Below, piece after piece: positions 1 to 9,752 of a stretch of 64,000 nucleotides of DNA. The stretch comes from Candidatus Accumulibacter vicinus. Its GTDB lineage: Bacteria > Pseudomonadota > Gammaproteobacteria > Burkholderiales > Rhodocyclaceae. How positions within the stretch are numbered: the stretch's first letter is position 1; the number at the start of each line of letters is the position of its first letter. Made by a program: the position numbers and the translations under genes. The stretch lies in assembly GCA_002425405.1 (NCBI GenBank), contig DIME01000188.1, positions 6,310 to 70,309 on the forward strand, given 5' to 3'. The notes beneath the pieces are model-generated. The model was not told the origin of the DNA, ran no database searches, and worked only from the letters and a program-made list of their open reading frames with translations.

Positions 1-2
1 AA

Positions 3-545
3 GGCGGCATTGCCTACCTGCTCGAAGCCGAATACGGCGTCGTGCTGCCGCGTCGCCTGCAGGTCGAGTTTTCGCGGGTGGTACAGGCGCATACCGACAG
101 CCATGGTGGGGAAATGAGCGCCGCCGACATCTGGCAATTGTTCTCCGAAAGCTATCTCGGCGTCGATCATCCGGTGCGCTACATCGAACACCACCTTTTC
201 GAGCATGGTAGCGCCCAGGGCATCCGCCTCAGCGTCGAGATCGACGGCCGGGTGCACCTGCTGGCCGGCGAAGGCAATGGTCCCATCGACGCAGCGGTAC
301 AGGCACTGCGCGGCGCCGGTCTGGTCGTGCAGGTGCGCAGCTATGAAGAACGCTCGATGAGCAGCAGCGGCAGCGATGCCAGCGCCTGTGCGTTCATGGA
401 ACTGACGCGCGCCGGTAGCGCTGGCGAATGTTACGGCGTGGGCATCGATGCGAACATCGTGACCGCGTCAATCCGGGCCCTGGTGAATGGCGTCAATCGA
501 CTGGCCGCGAGCGCTTGCGTCGGCAGCAAAACACGGGCCGCATGA
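3..545 (+). CDS. leuA: 2-isopropylmalate synthase, C-terminal part (5' end outside window)
   Basis: GGIAYLLEAEYGVVLPRRLQVEFS...GNGPIDA...YEERS...GVGIDANIVTASIRAL is the LeuA allosteric domain; the frame is open to the window edge. Confidence 0.9.
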   Translation, partial: GGIAYLLEAEYGVVLPRRLQVEFSRVVQAHTDSHGGEMSAADIWQLFSESYLGVDHPVRYIEHHLFEHGSAQGIRLSVEIDGRVHLLAGEGNGPIDAAVQALRGAGLVVQVRSYEERSMSSSGSDASACAFMELTRAGSAGECYGVGIDANIVTASIRALVNGVNRLAASACVGSKTRAA

Positions 546-590
546 ATGGTTCCGGGCGGGGGGCACGCAAGCGGCAACCGGCACGGCCAG

Positions 591-674
591 TGCGACGCGT
601 GGCAGGCTGATGGTAAAGGTGGTACCGGCATCGGCCACGCTGTCGACCTGGGTGCTGCCCCCGAGCAATTGGTC
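591..674 (-). pseudogene. Remnant of a sensor histidine kinase C-terminus (HATPase_c tail)
   Basis: Minus-strand translation DQLLGGSTQVDSVADAGTTFTISLPRVA matches the LGGxIxVxS..GxGTTFTxxLP end of HATPase_c domains; no upstream kinase sequence is present. Confidence 0.6.
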
Positions 675-688
675 GAGACAGGAGCATT

Positions 689-2920
689 TCAAGCCTGGTT
701 TCCTTTGTACCGGGCATGCCAGGCAATGAATTCGCTTTCCTGCATGGGGTGGCCGTAGTGGTAGCCCTGGGTCTCGTTGCAACCCAGAGCCATGACCAGC
801 TCCTCCAGTTTCTGGTTTTCGACGCCCTCGGCGATGACCTGTAAACCCAGTTCCCGACCGAGGACGACGATCATGCGGGCGATGCGAGTACCGTTGTCGT
901 CGCGTTCAAGGGCGCAGACGAAGCTGCGGTCGAGCTTGAGACGGTCGGCCGGCAGCTTGTCGAGATACGCCAGGGACGAGTAACCGGTACTGAAGTCATC
1001 GATGGCCACCGTCACTCCCAGAGCACGCAGGCGCTTGAGCAGGGCAATGACTGGTTCGAGGCCGCCGAAGGCGACCGATTCGGTGATTTCCAGTTCGAGA
1101 TCGATGGGTCTGCTCCGGGTCAAGAACAGAGACTCGTTGACCGACTCGACGAAACCCGGTTGGCGAAGCTGTACCGGCGAAATGTTCACCGCCATCCGCA
1201 GGTCCGTACAACCGGCGACGCGAAAACGCTGCAGGGCCTGGAGGGCCGTCTGCAGCAGCCAGTGACCCATATCGACAATCAGCCCCGATTGCTCGGCAAT
1301 GGGAATGAAGCTTTCCGGCGGCACCAGAGTACCGTCCTCGCGGCGCCAGCGCATCAGGGCTTCGACGCCGATGATGCGGCCGGAACTCAGTTCGATCTGA
1401 GGCTGATAGGTGAGGAACAATTGCTTCTGCTCGAAAGACAGGCGAAGGTCGTGCAGCAGATGTGCGCGCTCCCGAACTGCGCTGCCCAGTTCCTGAGAGA
1501 AGAGCACCGTCTGTCCCAGGCCAGCCGTTTTCGCCTGTTTCAGCGCCAGGTAGCTGTCTCTGATGTACTCGATCCCGGAACGTGGTCCGCTCTCCAATAG
1601 CGTGATGCCGACACAGGCGGATACTGGCTGGTGCACTCCCTCGATCACGAAAGGAGTCTGAAAACAGGCCTGGATGGTTTCCCCGTTGACCGCGATTTTC
1701 GGACCCATGACCGCGAAGGTATCGCCACCGAGGCGGGCGATGAAGACGTTGGCTGGCAGGTGCTCACCCAAGCGCTGGGCGGTCGCCTTGAGCATGGCAT
1801 CGCCGTAGTCGTGACCGAGCAAATCATTGGCCAAAGCGAACTGGTCGATGTCGATGATGGCCAGGGCGCAACCGCTCCCCTGTTTCGCCATCATGCGCTG
1901 GTCGAGTTCGCAAACCAGGGCCGTGCGGTTGGGCAGACCCAACTGCCGGTCGAAGAAGGCATCACGGCGCAGTTTCATCACCAGTTCGATGTTCTTCGCA
2001 CAGAGCGCGATGTTCGTGCAAAAGACCTTGAGCAGTTCCTGATCCACGTCACAGATGGACCTAGCCGAATCGATAAAGGCGGCGAAACCCTCTGCAGAGG
2101 TCTTGGCGAAGTAGAGCGTGATGTTATCGGGCTCAATGAGGCTGCGGCGCTCGTTCAGCGCTATCATCAGTTGACCGAGAATGCGTGGGTCGTCGATCTC
2201 GCACAGGCGCCGCTGGATGAGAGAGCGGAAATGGCCGGCCGCGGCGATGATGCGAAACTCGCGGCGATCATTGACCAAGGGACTGTCCTGGGAGGCAGCA
2301 CAGCAGACCAGACCCTCCGGCTCGACACCAAGCAAGCCGGCAATCTGGGTAATGACGCCGTCGGCAAAGCTTTGCAATCCCTGCTCGGCGATGAACTGGT
2401 TACTGGCGGCGACGATCTTTTCCAGACCCCGGCGGGTGGCATCCAGGCGCAGCAATTGGTCGTAGGAACGAATCGCCGTGGTCAGGGTGATGAACAGCCT
2501 GTTCTGGGTCAGTTCGCTCTTGGTCTTGTAGTCGTTGATGTCGTAGCGGGAGATCGTCTCGGCTTCCGGCGCCTGGCCCGGCTGGCCGGTGCGCAAAATG
2601 ATGCGACAGTTGGCCAGTTTGAGCTCGTTGCGAATGGTATCGACCATACGCAGGCCGGCATCGTCGCTTTCCATGACCACGTCGAGGAGAACCACCGCGA
2701 TTTTTTCCGTGACCCGCAGAAGAGCCACTGCCTCGGCTGCCGAACTGGCATGAAACAGCCCGAGAGGACGATCGAGAATGATCATGTTGGCAAGAGCGAA
2801 GCGGGTCGCCTCATGCACGCCGGGATCGTCGTCCACCACCAGGATTCGCCACGGACAGGCCGCCCCGTCGTTAGCGAGCCCAGGCCCGTCCTCTTCGACG
2901 AAGATCAGGTCATCATCCAA
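689..2920 (-). CDS. Response regulator receiver - DUF3369-like - GGDEF - EAL protein (c-di-GMP turnover)
   Basis: ILVVDDD...LLDVVME REC domain; RLGGDTF (degenerate GGDEF); GVEALMRW, ELEITES, DDFSTGYSSL, VIAEGVE EAL motifs. Confidence 0.9.
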   Translation of the reverse strand: MDDDLIFVEEDGPGLANDGAACPWRILVVDDDPGVHEATRFALANMIILDRPLGLFHASSAAEAVALLRVTEKIAVVLLDVVMESDDAGLRMVDTIRNELKLANCRIILRTGQPGQAPEAETISRYDINDYKTKSELTQNRLFITLTTAIRSYDQLLRLDATRRGLEKIVAASNQFIAEQGLQSFADGVITQIAGLLGVEPEGLVCCAASQDSPLVNDRREFRIIAAAGHFRSLIQRRLCEIDDPRILGQLMIALNERRSLIEPDNITLYFAKTSAEGFAAFIDSARSICDVDQELLKVFCTNIALCAKNIELVMKLRRDAFFDRQLGLPNRTALVCELDQRMMAKQGSGCALAIIDIDQFALANDLLGHDYGDAMLKATAQRLGEHLPANVFIARLGGDTFAVMGPKIAVNGETIQACFQTPFVIEGVHQPVSACVGITLLESGPRSGIEYIRDSYLALKQAKTAGLGQTVLFSQELGSAVRERAHLLHDLRLSFEQKQLFLTYQPQIELSSGRIIGVEALMRWRREDGTLVPPESFIPIAEQSGLIVDMGHWLLQTALQALQRFRVAGCTDLRMAVNISPVQLRQPGFVESVNESLFLTRSRPIDLELEITESVAFGGLEPVIALLKRLRALGVTVAIDDFSTGYSSLAYLDKLPADRLKLDRSFVCALERDDNGTRIARMIVVLGRELGLQVIAEGVENQKLEELVMALGCNETQGYHYGHPMQESEFIAWHARYKGNQA

Positions 2921-2938
2921 AGTATGGTTACCTTCGTT

Positions 2939-3901
2939 TCAGCGTTTGCCGACCCGTTTGGCCAGTTTGTCGATCAGCTTGCGCAAGGCCCGCTCGTCGA
3001 CCATGCCCCTGGCTTGCCCGGCCTTCAGCCAGCGCCGTTCGCGGTGGCTCTCTTCCCACTCGTCTTCGGGAACGCTTTCGCTGACTTCCATCGGAAACAC
3101 CGCCACGTGGCAAACGCCGCCCCATTTCTTGTAATCGTAATGGCCAATCGGTTCGTCGTCGAGGCGACCGCGCACGCCTGCCTCCTCCAGTGCTTCCTTG
3201 CCGGCTGAATCACGCAAGGACAATTCCGGTTCCTTGACGCCCTTGGGGATCACCCAGCGAGTACCCTTGCGCGAGGCAATGACCATGATCTCCAGTTGGT
3301 CATCGATCCGACGATAGGGAAGCACTGCAGACTGGGTAAAGAAGTAGTCGGGAACGGGGCCCTGCGGCTCATTCTCTATGGCCAGATCGTCCGGCACCTG
3401 TCCGGGTCGGGTGACCGAGACCAGAGTAGCGCAGCCTGGCTCAAGCTTCGTCCAGTCTTCGATCATTCCCAGTTGGGCAAGCGCCGAAGTCGGCAGCACC
3501 TTGCCATCGTCCGGAACGTCGATCTGGCCTTCGTTCAGATAATCGATCAGTTCTTCAAGCCCCGGATTGTGTCCGACCACCATGACCCGGTGGGCGCTCT
3601 TCGGGCAATCGGCCAGCGCCGCCAGCAGATCTTCGACTGGCGCCGCATAGAGACGCTCGTCCCAGCGCACTTTGCTCAACGGGACCCCCATCGCCTTGCA
3701 GGCCGCCGCCGTCGTGGCGCGCGCGCGCTCGGCCGTGGAACTGAGGACCGCGTCCGGAACCAGTTTCTGGTGCTTGATCCAGGCCCCCATTTTCTGGCTG
3801 CCGAGACGACCTCGTTCGACCAGTGGGCGGTGAAAATCCTCTTGACCGGTGCTCCAGTCCGACTTACCGTGCCGCAATATCAGCAATGTCTTTCTCTTCA
3901 T
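2939..3901 (-). CDS. SixA-type histidine phosphatase fused to a C-terminal Nudix hydrolase
   Basis: N-terminal LRHGKS...RPL..RG...SS.A.RA..T...VGHNPG (SixA); C-terminal RWVIPKG...SAGKEALEEAGVRG Nudix box. Confidence 0.85.
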   Translation of the reverse strand: MKRKTLLILRHGKSDWSTGQEDFHRPLVERGRLGSQKMGAWIKHQKLVPDAVLSSTAERARATTAAACKAMGVPLSKVRWDERLYAAPVEDLLAALADCPKSAHRVMVVGHNPGLEELIDYLNEGQIDVPDDGKVLPTSALAQLGMIEDWTKLEPGCATLVSVTRPGQVPDDLAIENEPQGPVPDYFFTQSAVLPYRRIDDQLEIMVIASRKGTRWVIPKGVKEPELSLRDSAGKEALEEAGVRGRLDDEPIGHYDYKKWGGVCHVAVFPMEVSESVPEDEWEESHRERRWLKAGQARGMVDERALRKLIDKLAKRVGKR

Positions 3902-4146
3902 GGCGAAACTCTCCCCTCAGTGTTGGTCAACGAGGACCATCCCGGAATCCCGGTGTAGCCGCTCCTCACTGCGTATGATAAACGATTGTTCACGCCGGCG
4001 CGGAATCGGCATCCCGTCTTTTTGGCCTCCAATAGGTGGGACGGGTATTTGCGCTGGCGTCTTGCTGGCCAGCGCAGCCGGCTGATTTGCCCCGCCACCA
4101 GACCGGTGCCTGGCCTCGGCAACGGGCTTACCGAGGGCTGCCGCTT

Positions 4147-5241
4147 TCATGGTTTGCGCCAGGTGATGCGGTAGATGGCGCCGGCGTGATCGTCAGCGAC
4201 CAGCAACGATCCGTCGGGCAGGGTTTGCACGTCGGCCGGGCGGCCCCAGGCAGACTGATTCTGCAGCCAGCCACTGGCGAAGGTCTCGTAGGCGACGGCG
4301 CGGCCCTTCTGTACGCGCACCAGACTGATGCGGTAGCCGATCTTGCTCGAACGGTTCCATGATCCGTGTTCGGCAATGAAGATCTGGTTGCTGTACTCGG
4401 CGGGAAACATGTTGCCGGTGTAGAAACGGATGCCGAGGCTGGCGACATGAGGACCAAGTTTTTGCGCCGGCGGTTCGAATTCGCTGCATCTGCGTTGCGC
4501 GCCAAATTCCGGATCGGCCAGCTCGCCGCCGTGGCAGTAGGGAAAACCAAAATGCATGGCCGGGCGCGGGGCACGATTGAGTTCATCAGGCGGCCTGTCG
4601 TCGCCCAGCCAATCGCGGCCGTTGTCGGTGAACCACAGGACGCCGTCCTCCGGACTCCAGTCGAAACCGACACTGTTGCGCACGCCACGTGCAAAGACCT
4701 CGCGGCCCGATCCGTCGGCATTCATGCGCAGGATGACGGCATAGGGGTCGCCGGGGGCGCAGATGTTGCACGGCGCACCGACGGGAACGTAGAGCTTTCC
4801 GTCCGGCCCGAAAGCGATGAACTTCCAGCCGTGATGGGTATCCTTCGGCAGGGAATCGGTGACGATGACCGGCGCCGGCGGCTGCTCCAGCCGGCGGTCG
4901 ATATCGTCGTAGCGCAGGATGCGATTCACCGCTGCGACGTACAACGCGCCGTTCTTCCAGGCCAGGCCGGTCGGTAATAGCAGGCCGTCGGCGATACGCA
5001 GCACGGTGCGAGCATGATAGGCCGCATCGAAGCGCACCGCATGCACCTTGCCGGCGCGCATCGAGCCGACATAGAGGATGCCGCCGTTGGCATCAACGCC
5101 ACCGAGCGCCATCTGGCGGGCATTGTCGACACGCGCCCAGAGTTCGATGGCAAAGCCCGGTGGCAGCTTGATGGTTTCCAGCGGCAGAGCCTCGGCCACA
5201 CTGGCCCATGTCAGCAGGAGGAAGATGAGGAATGGTCTCAT
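4147..5241 (-). CDS. PQQ-dependent sugar / sorbosone dehydrogenase family beta-propeller protein (secreted)
   Basis: Signal-peptide-like MRPFLIFLLLTWASVAEA; HHGWKFIAFGPDGKLYV, GVRNSVGFDW, AEHGSWNRS, GRPADV motifs; start moved to the ATG at 5241. Confidence 0.85.
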   Translation of the reverse strand: MRPFLIFLLLTWASVAEALPLETIKLPPGFAIELWARVDNARQMALGGVDANGGILYVGSMRAGKVHAVRFDAAYHARTVLRIADGLLLPTGLAWKNGALYVAAVNRILRYDDIDRRLEQPPAPVIVTDSLPKDTHHGWKFIAFGPDGKLYVPVGAPCNICAPGDPYAVILRMNADGSGREVFARGVRNSVGFDWSPEDGVLWFTDNGRDWLGDDRPPDELNRAPRPAMHFGFPYCHGGELADPEFGAQRRCSEFEPPAQKLGPHVASLGIRFYTGNMFPAEYSNQIFIAEHGSWNRSSKIGYRISLVRVQKGRAVAYETFASGWLQNQSAWGRPADVQTLPDGSLLVADDHAGAIYRITWRKP

Positions 5242-5360
5242 GGCAGAAGCAAGTTCTTCAGGACAAGGGTCGGCACGGTCGCCTTGCCTGCCGGAAAATC
5301 CACCATGTGGACCGGCAGGTGACTTCCGGGGATTCTCGGTCAACCAGCCGTACCAACCCT

Positions 5361-6944
5361 TCAGCGCCTCAGATACGACAGCATCTTCGGCAGCACCACG
5401 TTATTGCCGAAGCCATCCTCGCCGTAGCCAACCCTGGCCAGGGCGTCCACATCGGCCAGGACGCGCTTGTCGCCAATAAAGGTGACGGTCAGATCGGTGC
5501 GGATGTCGAGTTGTCCCGTGGCCTGCAGGCGTGCAACCTCGGCGACGGTGTTTTCGAGGACGCCGCCTGCACGGCGACCGATCTCTTCGGAGATCTCGAG
5601 CGGCTGGCGGTAGAGAATCACCTTGCCTTCGCCGGACAGCCGATGCACGATGGCCAGCACGGCGGCAGCGATTGCCGAGGGTTCCAGTGTGCCCTCCTGG
5701 TCGGGATGGACGCGAGCGATTTCCGTTGCCAGCCAGCGCCGCTTGCGCGCATTGATGGTTTCGTTGGCGCGGAAGAGGTCGAGCGGCGAGCCGGCGTCGA
5801 AGAGCTTGCCGTCCAGATCCATCTGCACCTCGCTGCCGTAATGCGCAACGATGCGCGCCACCAGATTCGATGGCCGCACGTGGAAGCCCCGGTAGCTGGG
5901 CACTGGAACCTCCAGCCGCCCCGGCTCGGCATAGCGGCGCAGGATGTTCTGGCTGAGACGCTGGCCGCCGTCGAGAAAATCGCTCGAGAAGGCCATGGCG
6001 TAGGCGAACAGGGTGGCCATGATGACGTCGCTATCGACCACCGGCCGTTCGCACAGCAGACCGTCGCCAGTCTGCGGGCTGACGTGCCGCTCGTAGTAAT
6101 GGGCTAGGTCAGTAGCGATCTTGAGCAGATGATAAATGACGCTGGCGTGACCGCGCAGGATCGACAGATCCGGGTCCAAGGTCTCGATCCAGGTTCTGGA
6201 AACGTGGGTATCGTAGAGTGACTGAAGGTTGTGGAAACGGAAGCTGAGCTGGCGCAGACGTTCCTCACTGACCGGATCCGGGAAACAGAGCGCATAGTCC
6301 TGCGGTGGCACGCGGGCCGAGGTGCGCAACAGCTCGCTTTCCGCCGCCAGATTGAGGAACTCCGTTGCCAGATAGGTGACGGTGGTGCTCGCGTCGGTGG
6401 TGATGCGGTCGTCGCAGTTGCGGGCCAGGCGACCAGACGGCAACTGTTCGGTAAAATTCTCTGGCATCGGGACAATGTCGGCGATCTCGACGCCGAGCAA
6501 CCGTGCTTCCTCCAGCAGACTGGCAGCGACCGTGGTGACGACGCCGCTCACGAGGCACAAGCGTTCGCCAGTCGCAGCGTGAAAATCGGCGTCCACCGCC
6601 AGCAAGCTGTAGGTCGGCAGGCGACGCTGCACGTGGGCGAGTGCCCGACCGATGCGCGCGAAGTTGCGCAGCGCCGCGACGAGGGCCCGCAAACGGCTCC
6701 AACGGCGGTTCTGGGAAGCCCCATACTCGTCGAGCAGCTCTTCCATCTGGCCCGATTCGAGCAGCAGCCGACCACTCAGCAGTCGCGTCAGGGCGAGCTC
6801 GCCGACGCCTCTGTCAGTCAGGCCGCGGGCGAGTTCGAGCAGTGGCCGGCCACGGGCTCGGATCAGCTCACGAAACTGCTGGTCGTCGATCAGCTGCTCT
6901 CCCGTCTTTGCGGCGGAGAAGTCGCGACCGATTGAATCGTTCAT
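5361..6944 (-). CDS. Large protein with C-terminal HPr-like phosphocarrier domain
   Basis: RGFHVRPSNLVARIVAHYGSEV...DAGSPLDL resembles HPr GLHARP...NAKS; start chosen at MNDSIG (6944). Confidence 0.7.
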   Translation of the reverse strand: MNDSIGRDFSAAKTGEQLIDDQQFRELIRARGRPLLELARGLTDRGVGELALTRLLSGRLLLESGQMEELLDEYGASQNRRWSRLRALVAALRNFARIGRALAHVQRRLPTYSLLAVDADFHAATGERLCLVSGVVTTVAASLLEEARLLGVEIADIVPMPENFTEQLPSGRLARNCDDRITTDASTTVTYLATEFLNLAAESELLRTSARVPPQDYALCFPDPVSEERLRQLSFRFHNLQSLYDTHVSRTWIETLDPDLSILRGHASVIYHLLKIATDLAHYYERHVSPQTGDGLLCERPVVDSDVIMATLFAYAMAFSSDFLDGGQRLSQNILRRYAEPGRLEVPVPSYRGFHVRPSNLVARIVAHYGSEVQMDLDGKLFDAGSPLDLFRANETINARKRRWLATEIARVHPDQEGTLEPSAIAAAVLAIVHRLSGEGKVILYRQPLEISEEIGRRAGGVLENTVAEVARLQATGQLDIRTDLTVTFIGDKRVLADVDALARVGYGEDGFGNNVVLPKMLSYLRR

Positions 6945-7172
6945 GATGTGCTTTTCCTCTGCTGACGCGGGAGTACACGCGAATGGTCGGCATTTTCCGG
7001 ATTTCGCGCCAATCGGCAAGTCTAATGCTGAGGGCGCCAGATTTCCTCCCTCAGCCCGGAGGAAGCGTAAGCGAGGGAACGGCTACGCCCGGACTTCGTC
7101 CACCCTTGACATCTCCGCCCCCTCAAACCGGCAAGGCCACCGCCCGTTTCCACACGAAACGACATAGCGCCT

Positions 7173-7277
7173 GTTGCAGCAGCCGTCCCGAAAAAATCCG
7201 TTTATCGGTTTCTCGCTGCTGGCTCCCGGTGGTCCGCCGAGAACGTTGCCCTGGCCGCCCATGTCGTCGGGTTTCAT
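7173..7277 (-). pseudogene. Truncated DUF2237-family gene (first ~35 codons)
   Basis: NVLGG....S.KPINGFFRDGCCN matches the DUF2237 N-terminal NVLGxPLxxCSxxPxTGFxRDGCC pattern, then similarity is lost; ATGA overlap with the iscX stop. Confidence 0.65.
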
Positions 7278-7468
7278 GTCAACTCGTCGATCCAGGCTTG
7301 CTGGATCGCCTCGAGGATTTTCTCGCCACAGTGTCTGGAATCTTCCTCAAAACCTGGCAGGGCGAGCACCCAGTTCATCAGGTCGACGAAGTTGATCTTC
7401 AGCGGGTCGACCTCGGGATGCATTTCCACGAGTTCGACGGCGATTTCGTTGATGTCGGTCCATTTCAT
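7274..7468 (-). CDS. iscX: Fe-S cluster assembly protein IscX
   Basis: [22 protein letters not shown]...F.DL..WVLAL.GF...GEKILEAIQQAWIDE; last gene of the isc operon. Confidence 0.95.
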   Translation of the reverse strand: MKWTDINEIAVELVEMHPEVDPLKINFVDLMNWVLALPGFEEDSRHCGEKILEAIQQAWIDELT

Positions 7469-7806
7469 CGATGGCCCTCCTTGGTCATGTTGATCGAGTA
7501 ACGCGGGATCTCGATCACCAGCGACGCTGCATTGACGATCACCTGACACGACAGACGTGAATTCGGTTCGAGACCCCAAGCCTTGTCGAGCAGGTCGTCC
7601 TCGACTTCATCGGAAGGTTCGAGGTCGGCGAAGCCTTCACGCACGATGACATGGCAGGTGGTGCAGGCACAGGACATTTCGCAGGCATGCTCGATGGCAA
7701 TGCCGTTTTCGAGCAGGTTCTGGCAGAGCGACTCGCCCGGCCTGGCGTCGATCACGGCGCCGTCAGGACAGAGTTCGATGTGCGGCAGAACGATGACCTG
7801 GGTCAT
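7465..7806 (-). CDS. fdx: ISC 2Fe-2S ferredoxin
   Basis: [15 protein letters not shown]...SRLSCQ. Confidence 0.97.
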   Translation of the reverse strand: MTQVIVLPHIELCPDGAVIDARPGESLCQNLLENGIAIEHACEMSCACTTCHVIVREGFADLEPSDEVEDDLLDKAWGLEPNSRLSCQVIVNAASLVIEIPRYSINMTKEGHR

Positions 7807-9704
7807 ACGGTCTCCCCCGTTCTTGCCTCGCCAGCCTCGCTGCCCAGATCGCTGATGTTGCGGCCGGTGAAAGCCTGTCGGATCGATTTGTCCATGCGTC
7901 GTGCAGCGAAATCCTGGGTGTCGGCTTCGAGTTCGTCGATTGCCAGCATGATCTGGCGGCGCTTGTCACCGCGTACCGCCGCCTGCAGCTTGCCGATGTC
8001 GTGGTCGATGCGAGCCCGTTCGTCGGCGCTCAGCAGATCTCCGTCGCGGGCCAGCGCCGAGCTGACTGCCTCGACCAACCGTTCGGCATCGACCTGCGTT
8101 TCCTTGAGCGCACGTTGCAGCGCGTCATCTCTGACGTGCACCAGAGAGTCCTTGAGCATGCCGGCAATTTCGTCGTCGGACAGTCCGTACGAGGGCTTGA
8201 CGACGATGCTCGCTGCGACGCCAGAAGCCTTTTCACGGGCGGTCACTGCCAGCATGCCATCGGCGTCGACCTGAAAAGTGACGCGGATGCGGGCGGCGCC
8301 AGCAACCATCGGTGGAATCCCGCGCAACTCGAAGCGCGCCAGCGAACGGCAATCGCTGACCAGCTCGCGCTCACCCTGTACGACATGCAGGGCGAGCGCT
8401 GTCTGGCCGTCGCGAAAGGTCGTGAATTCCTGCGCGCGTGCCGTCGGAATCGTCGAATTGCGGGGAATGATCTTCTCGACCAGACCGCCCATGGTTTCGA
8501 GACCCAGCGACAATGGAATGACATCGAGCAGCAGCCAGTCGTCGCCGGCCAGGCCATTGCCGGCCAACAGGTTGGCCTGTTTGGCCGCTCCGATGGCGAC
8601 GACCTTGTCGGGATCAAGATTGTTCAGCGGGTCCTGGCGGAAAAAATCACCAACGGCGCGCTGCACCTGCGGCATCCGCGTGGCGCCACCGACCATCACC
8701 ACGCCCTTGACTTCAGCGACCGACAGACCGGCATCGCGCAACGCCTTCTTGACTGGTTGCATGGTCTTGGCCACCAGGGTCTGGGTGATCTCGGCAAAGA
8801 TTTCGGTGGTCAGCGTCAGATCGACCTGTTCGCCACTATTTAGGCGCGCGTTGATCTGGGCAACGCCGTGAAAGGTCAAATATTCCTTGGCTTCGCGAGC
8901 GCGCGTCAGGAGCATCCGGGCATCCTCGACCGACAAGGGTTTGAGCCCGGCGGCTTCAAGGATCCAGCAGAAGATGCGATGGTCGAAATCGTCACCACCC
9001 AGTGCCGAGTCGCCACCGGTCGCCAGCACTTCGAAGATGCCGCGCGACAGTCTGAGGATCGAGATATCGAAAGTGCCACCGCCGAGGTCATAGACGGCAT
9101 AAACGCCTTCGGCGGCGTTGTCGAGACCGTAGGCAATCGCTGCTGCAGTCGGCTCGTTGAGCAGGCGCAGTAGCGGCAGTCCCGCCAGCCTGGCGGCATC
9201 CTTGGTGGCCTGCCGCTGTGCATCATCGAAGTAGGCAGGAACGGTGATCACCGCACCGAGCAGTGCGCCCCCCAGCGAAGCTTCGGCACGCAGGCGCAGA
9301 GTGCGCAGGATCTCGGCCGAGACTTCGACCGGGCTCTTCAGCCCGGCGGCGGTGTGTAAGCGCAACATTCCGGGAGCATCGTCGAACAGATAGGGCATGC
9401 CTTCGCGATGGGCAAGGTCCTGCAAGCCGCGGCCCATGAAGCGCTTGACTGAGACGATGGTGTTACGCGGATCGAGAGCCTGTTTCGCCTGTGCTTCGTA
9501 GCCAACCTCGCTGTGTCCGTCAGGCAGGTAGCGCACCACCGAGGGCAGCAGGGGACGCCCGAGTTCGTCACCAAGGATGGCCGCCAGGCCACTGCGTACC
9601 GTTGCAACCAATGAGTTGGTGGTACCGAGGTCAATGCCGATCACCAGCCGGTGCTGGTGCGGTGCAGTGGACTCGCCCGGTTCTGCAATCTGTAACAATG
9701 CCAT
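7803..9704 (-). CDS. hscA: Fe-S protein assembly chaperone HscA (Hsp70)
   Basis: [43 protein letters not shown]; isc context. Confidence 0.97.
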   Translation of the reverse strand: MALLQIAEPGESTAPHQHRLVIGIDLGTTNSLVATVRSGLAAILGDELGRPLLPSVVRYLPDGHSEVGYEAQAKQALDPRNTIVSVKRFMGRGLQDLAHREGMPYLFDDAPGMLRLHTAAGLKSPVEVSAEILRTLRLRAEASLGGALLGAVITVPAYFDDAQRQATKDAARLAGLPLLRLLNEPTAAAIAYGLDNAAEGVYAVYDLGGGTFDISILRLSRGIFEVLATGGDSALGGDDFDHRIFCWILEAAGLKPLSVEDARMLLTRAREAKEYLTFHGVAQINARLNSGEQVDLTLTTEIFAEITQTLVAKTMQPVKKALRDAGLSVAEVKGVVMVGGATRMPQVQRAVGDFFRQDPLNNLDPDKVVAIGAAKQANLLAGNGLAGDDWLLLDVIPLSLGLETMGGLVEKIIPRNSTIPTARAQEFTTFRDGQTALALHVVQGERELVSDCRSLARFELRGIPPMVAGAARIRVTFQVDADGMLAVTAREKASGVAASIVVKPSYGLSDDEIAGMLKDSLVHVRDDALQRALKETQVDAERLVEAVSSALARDGDLLSADERARIDHDIGKLQAAVRGDKRRQIMLAIDELEADTQDFAARRMDKSIRQAFTGRNISDLGSEAGEARTGETV

Positions 9705-9752
9705 GAAGAAGTTCCTGGTGCTTGTGGCTGGTGATTCGGCGCAGTGGGTTGG

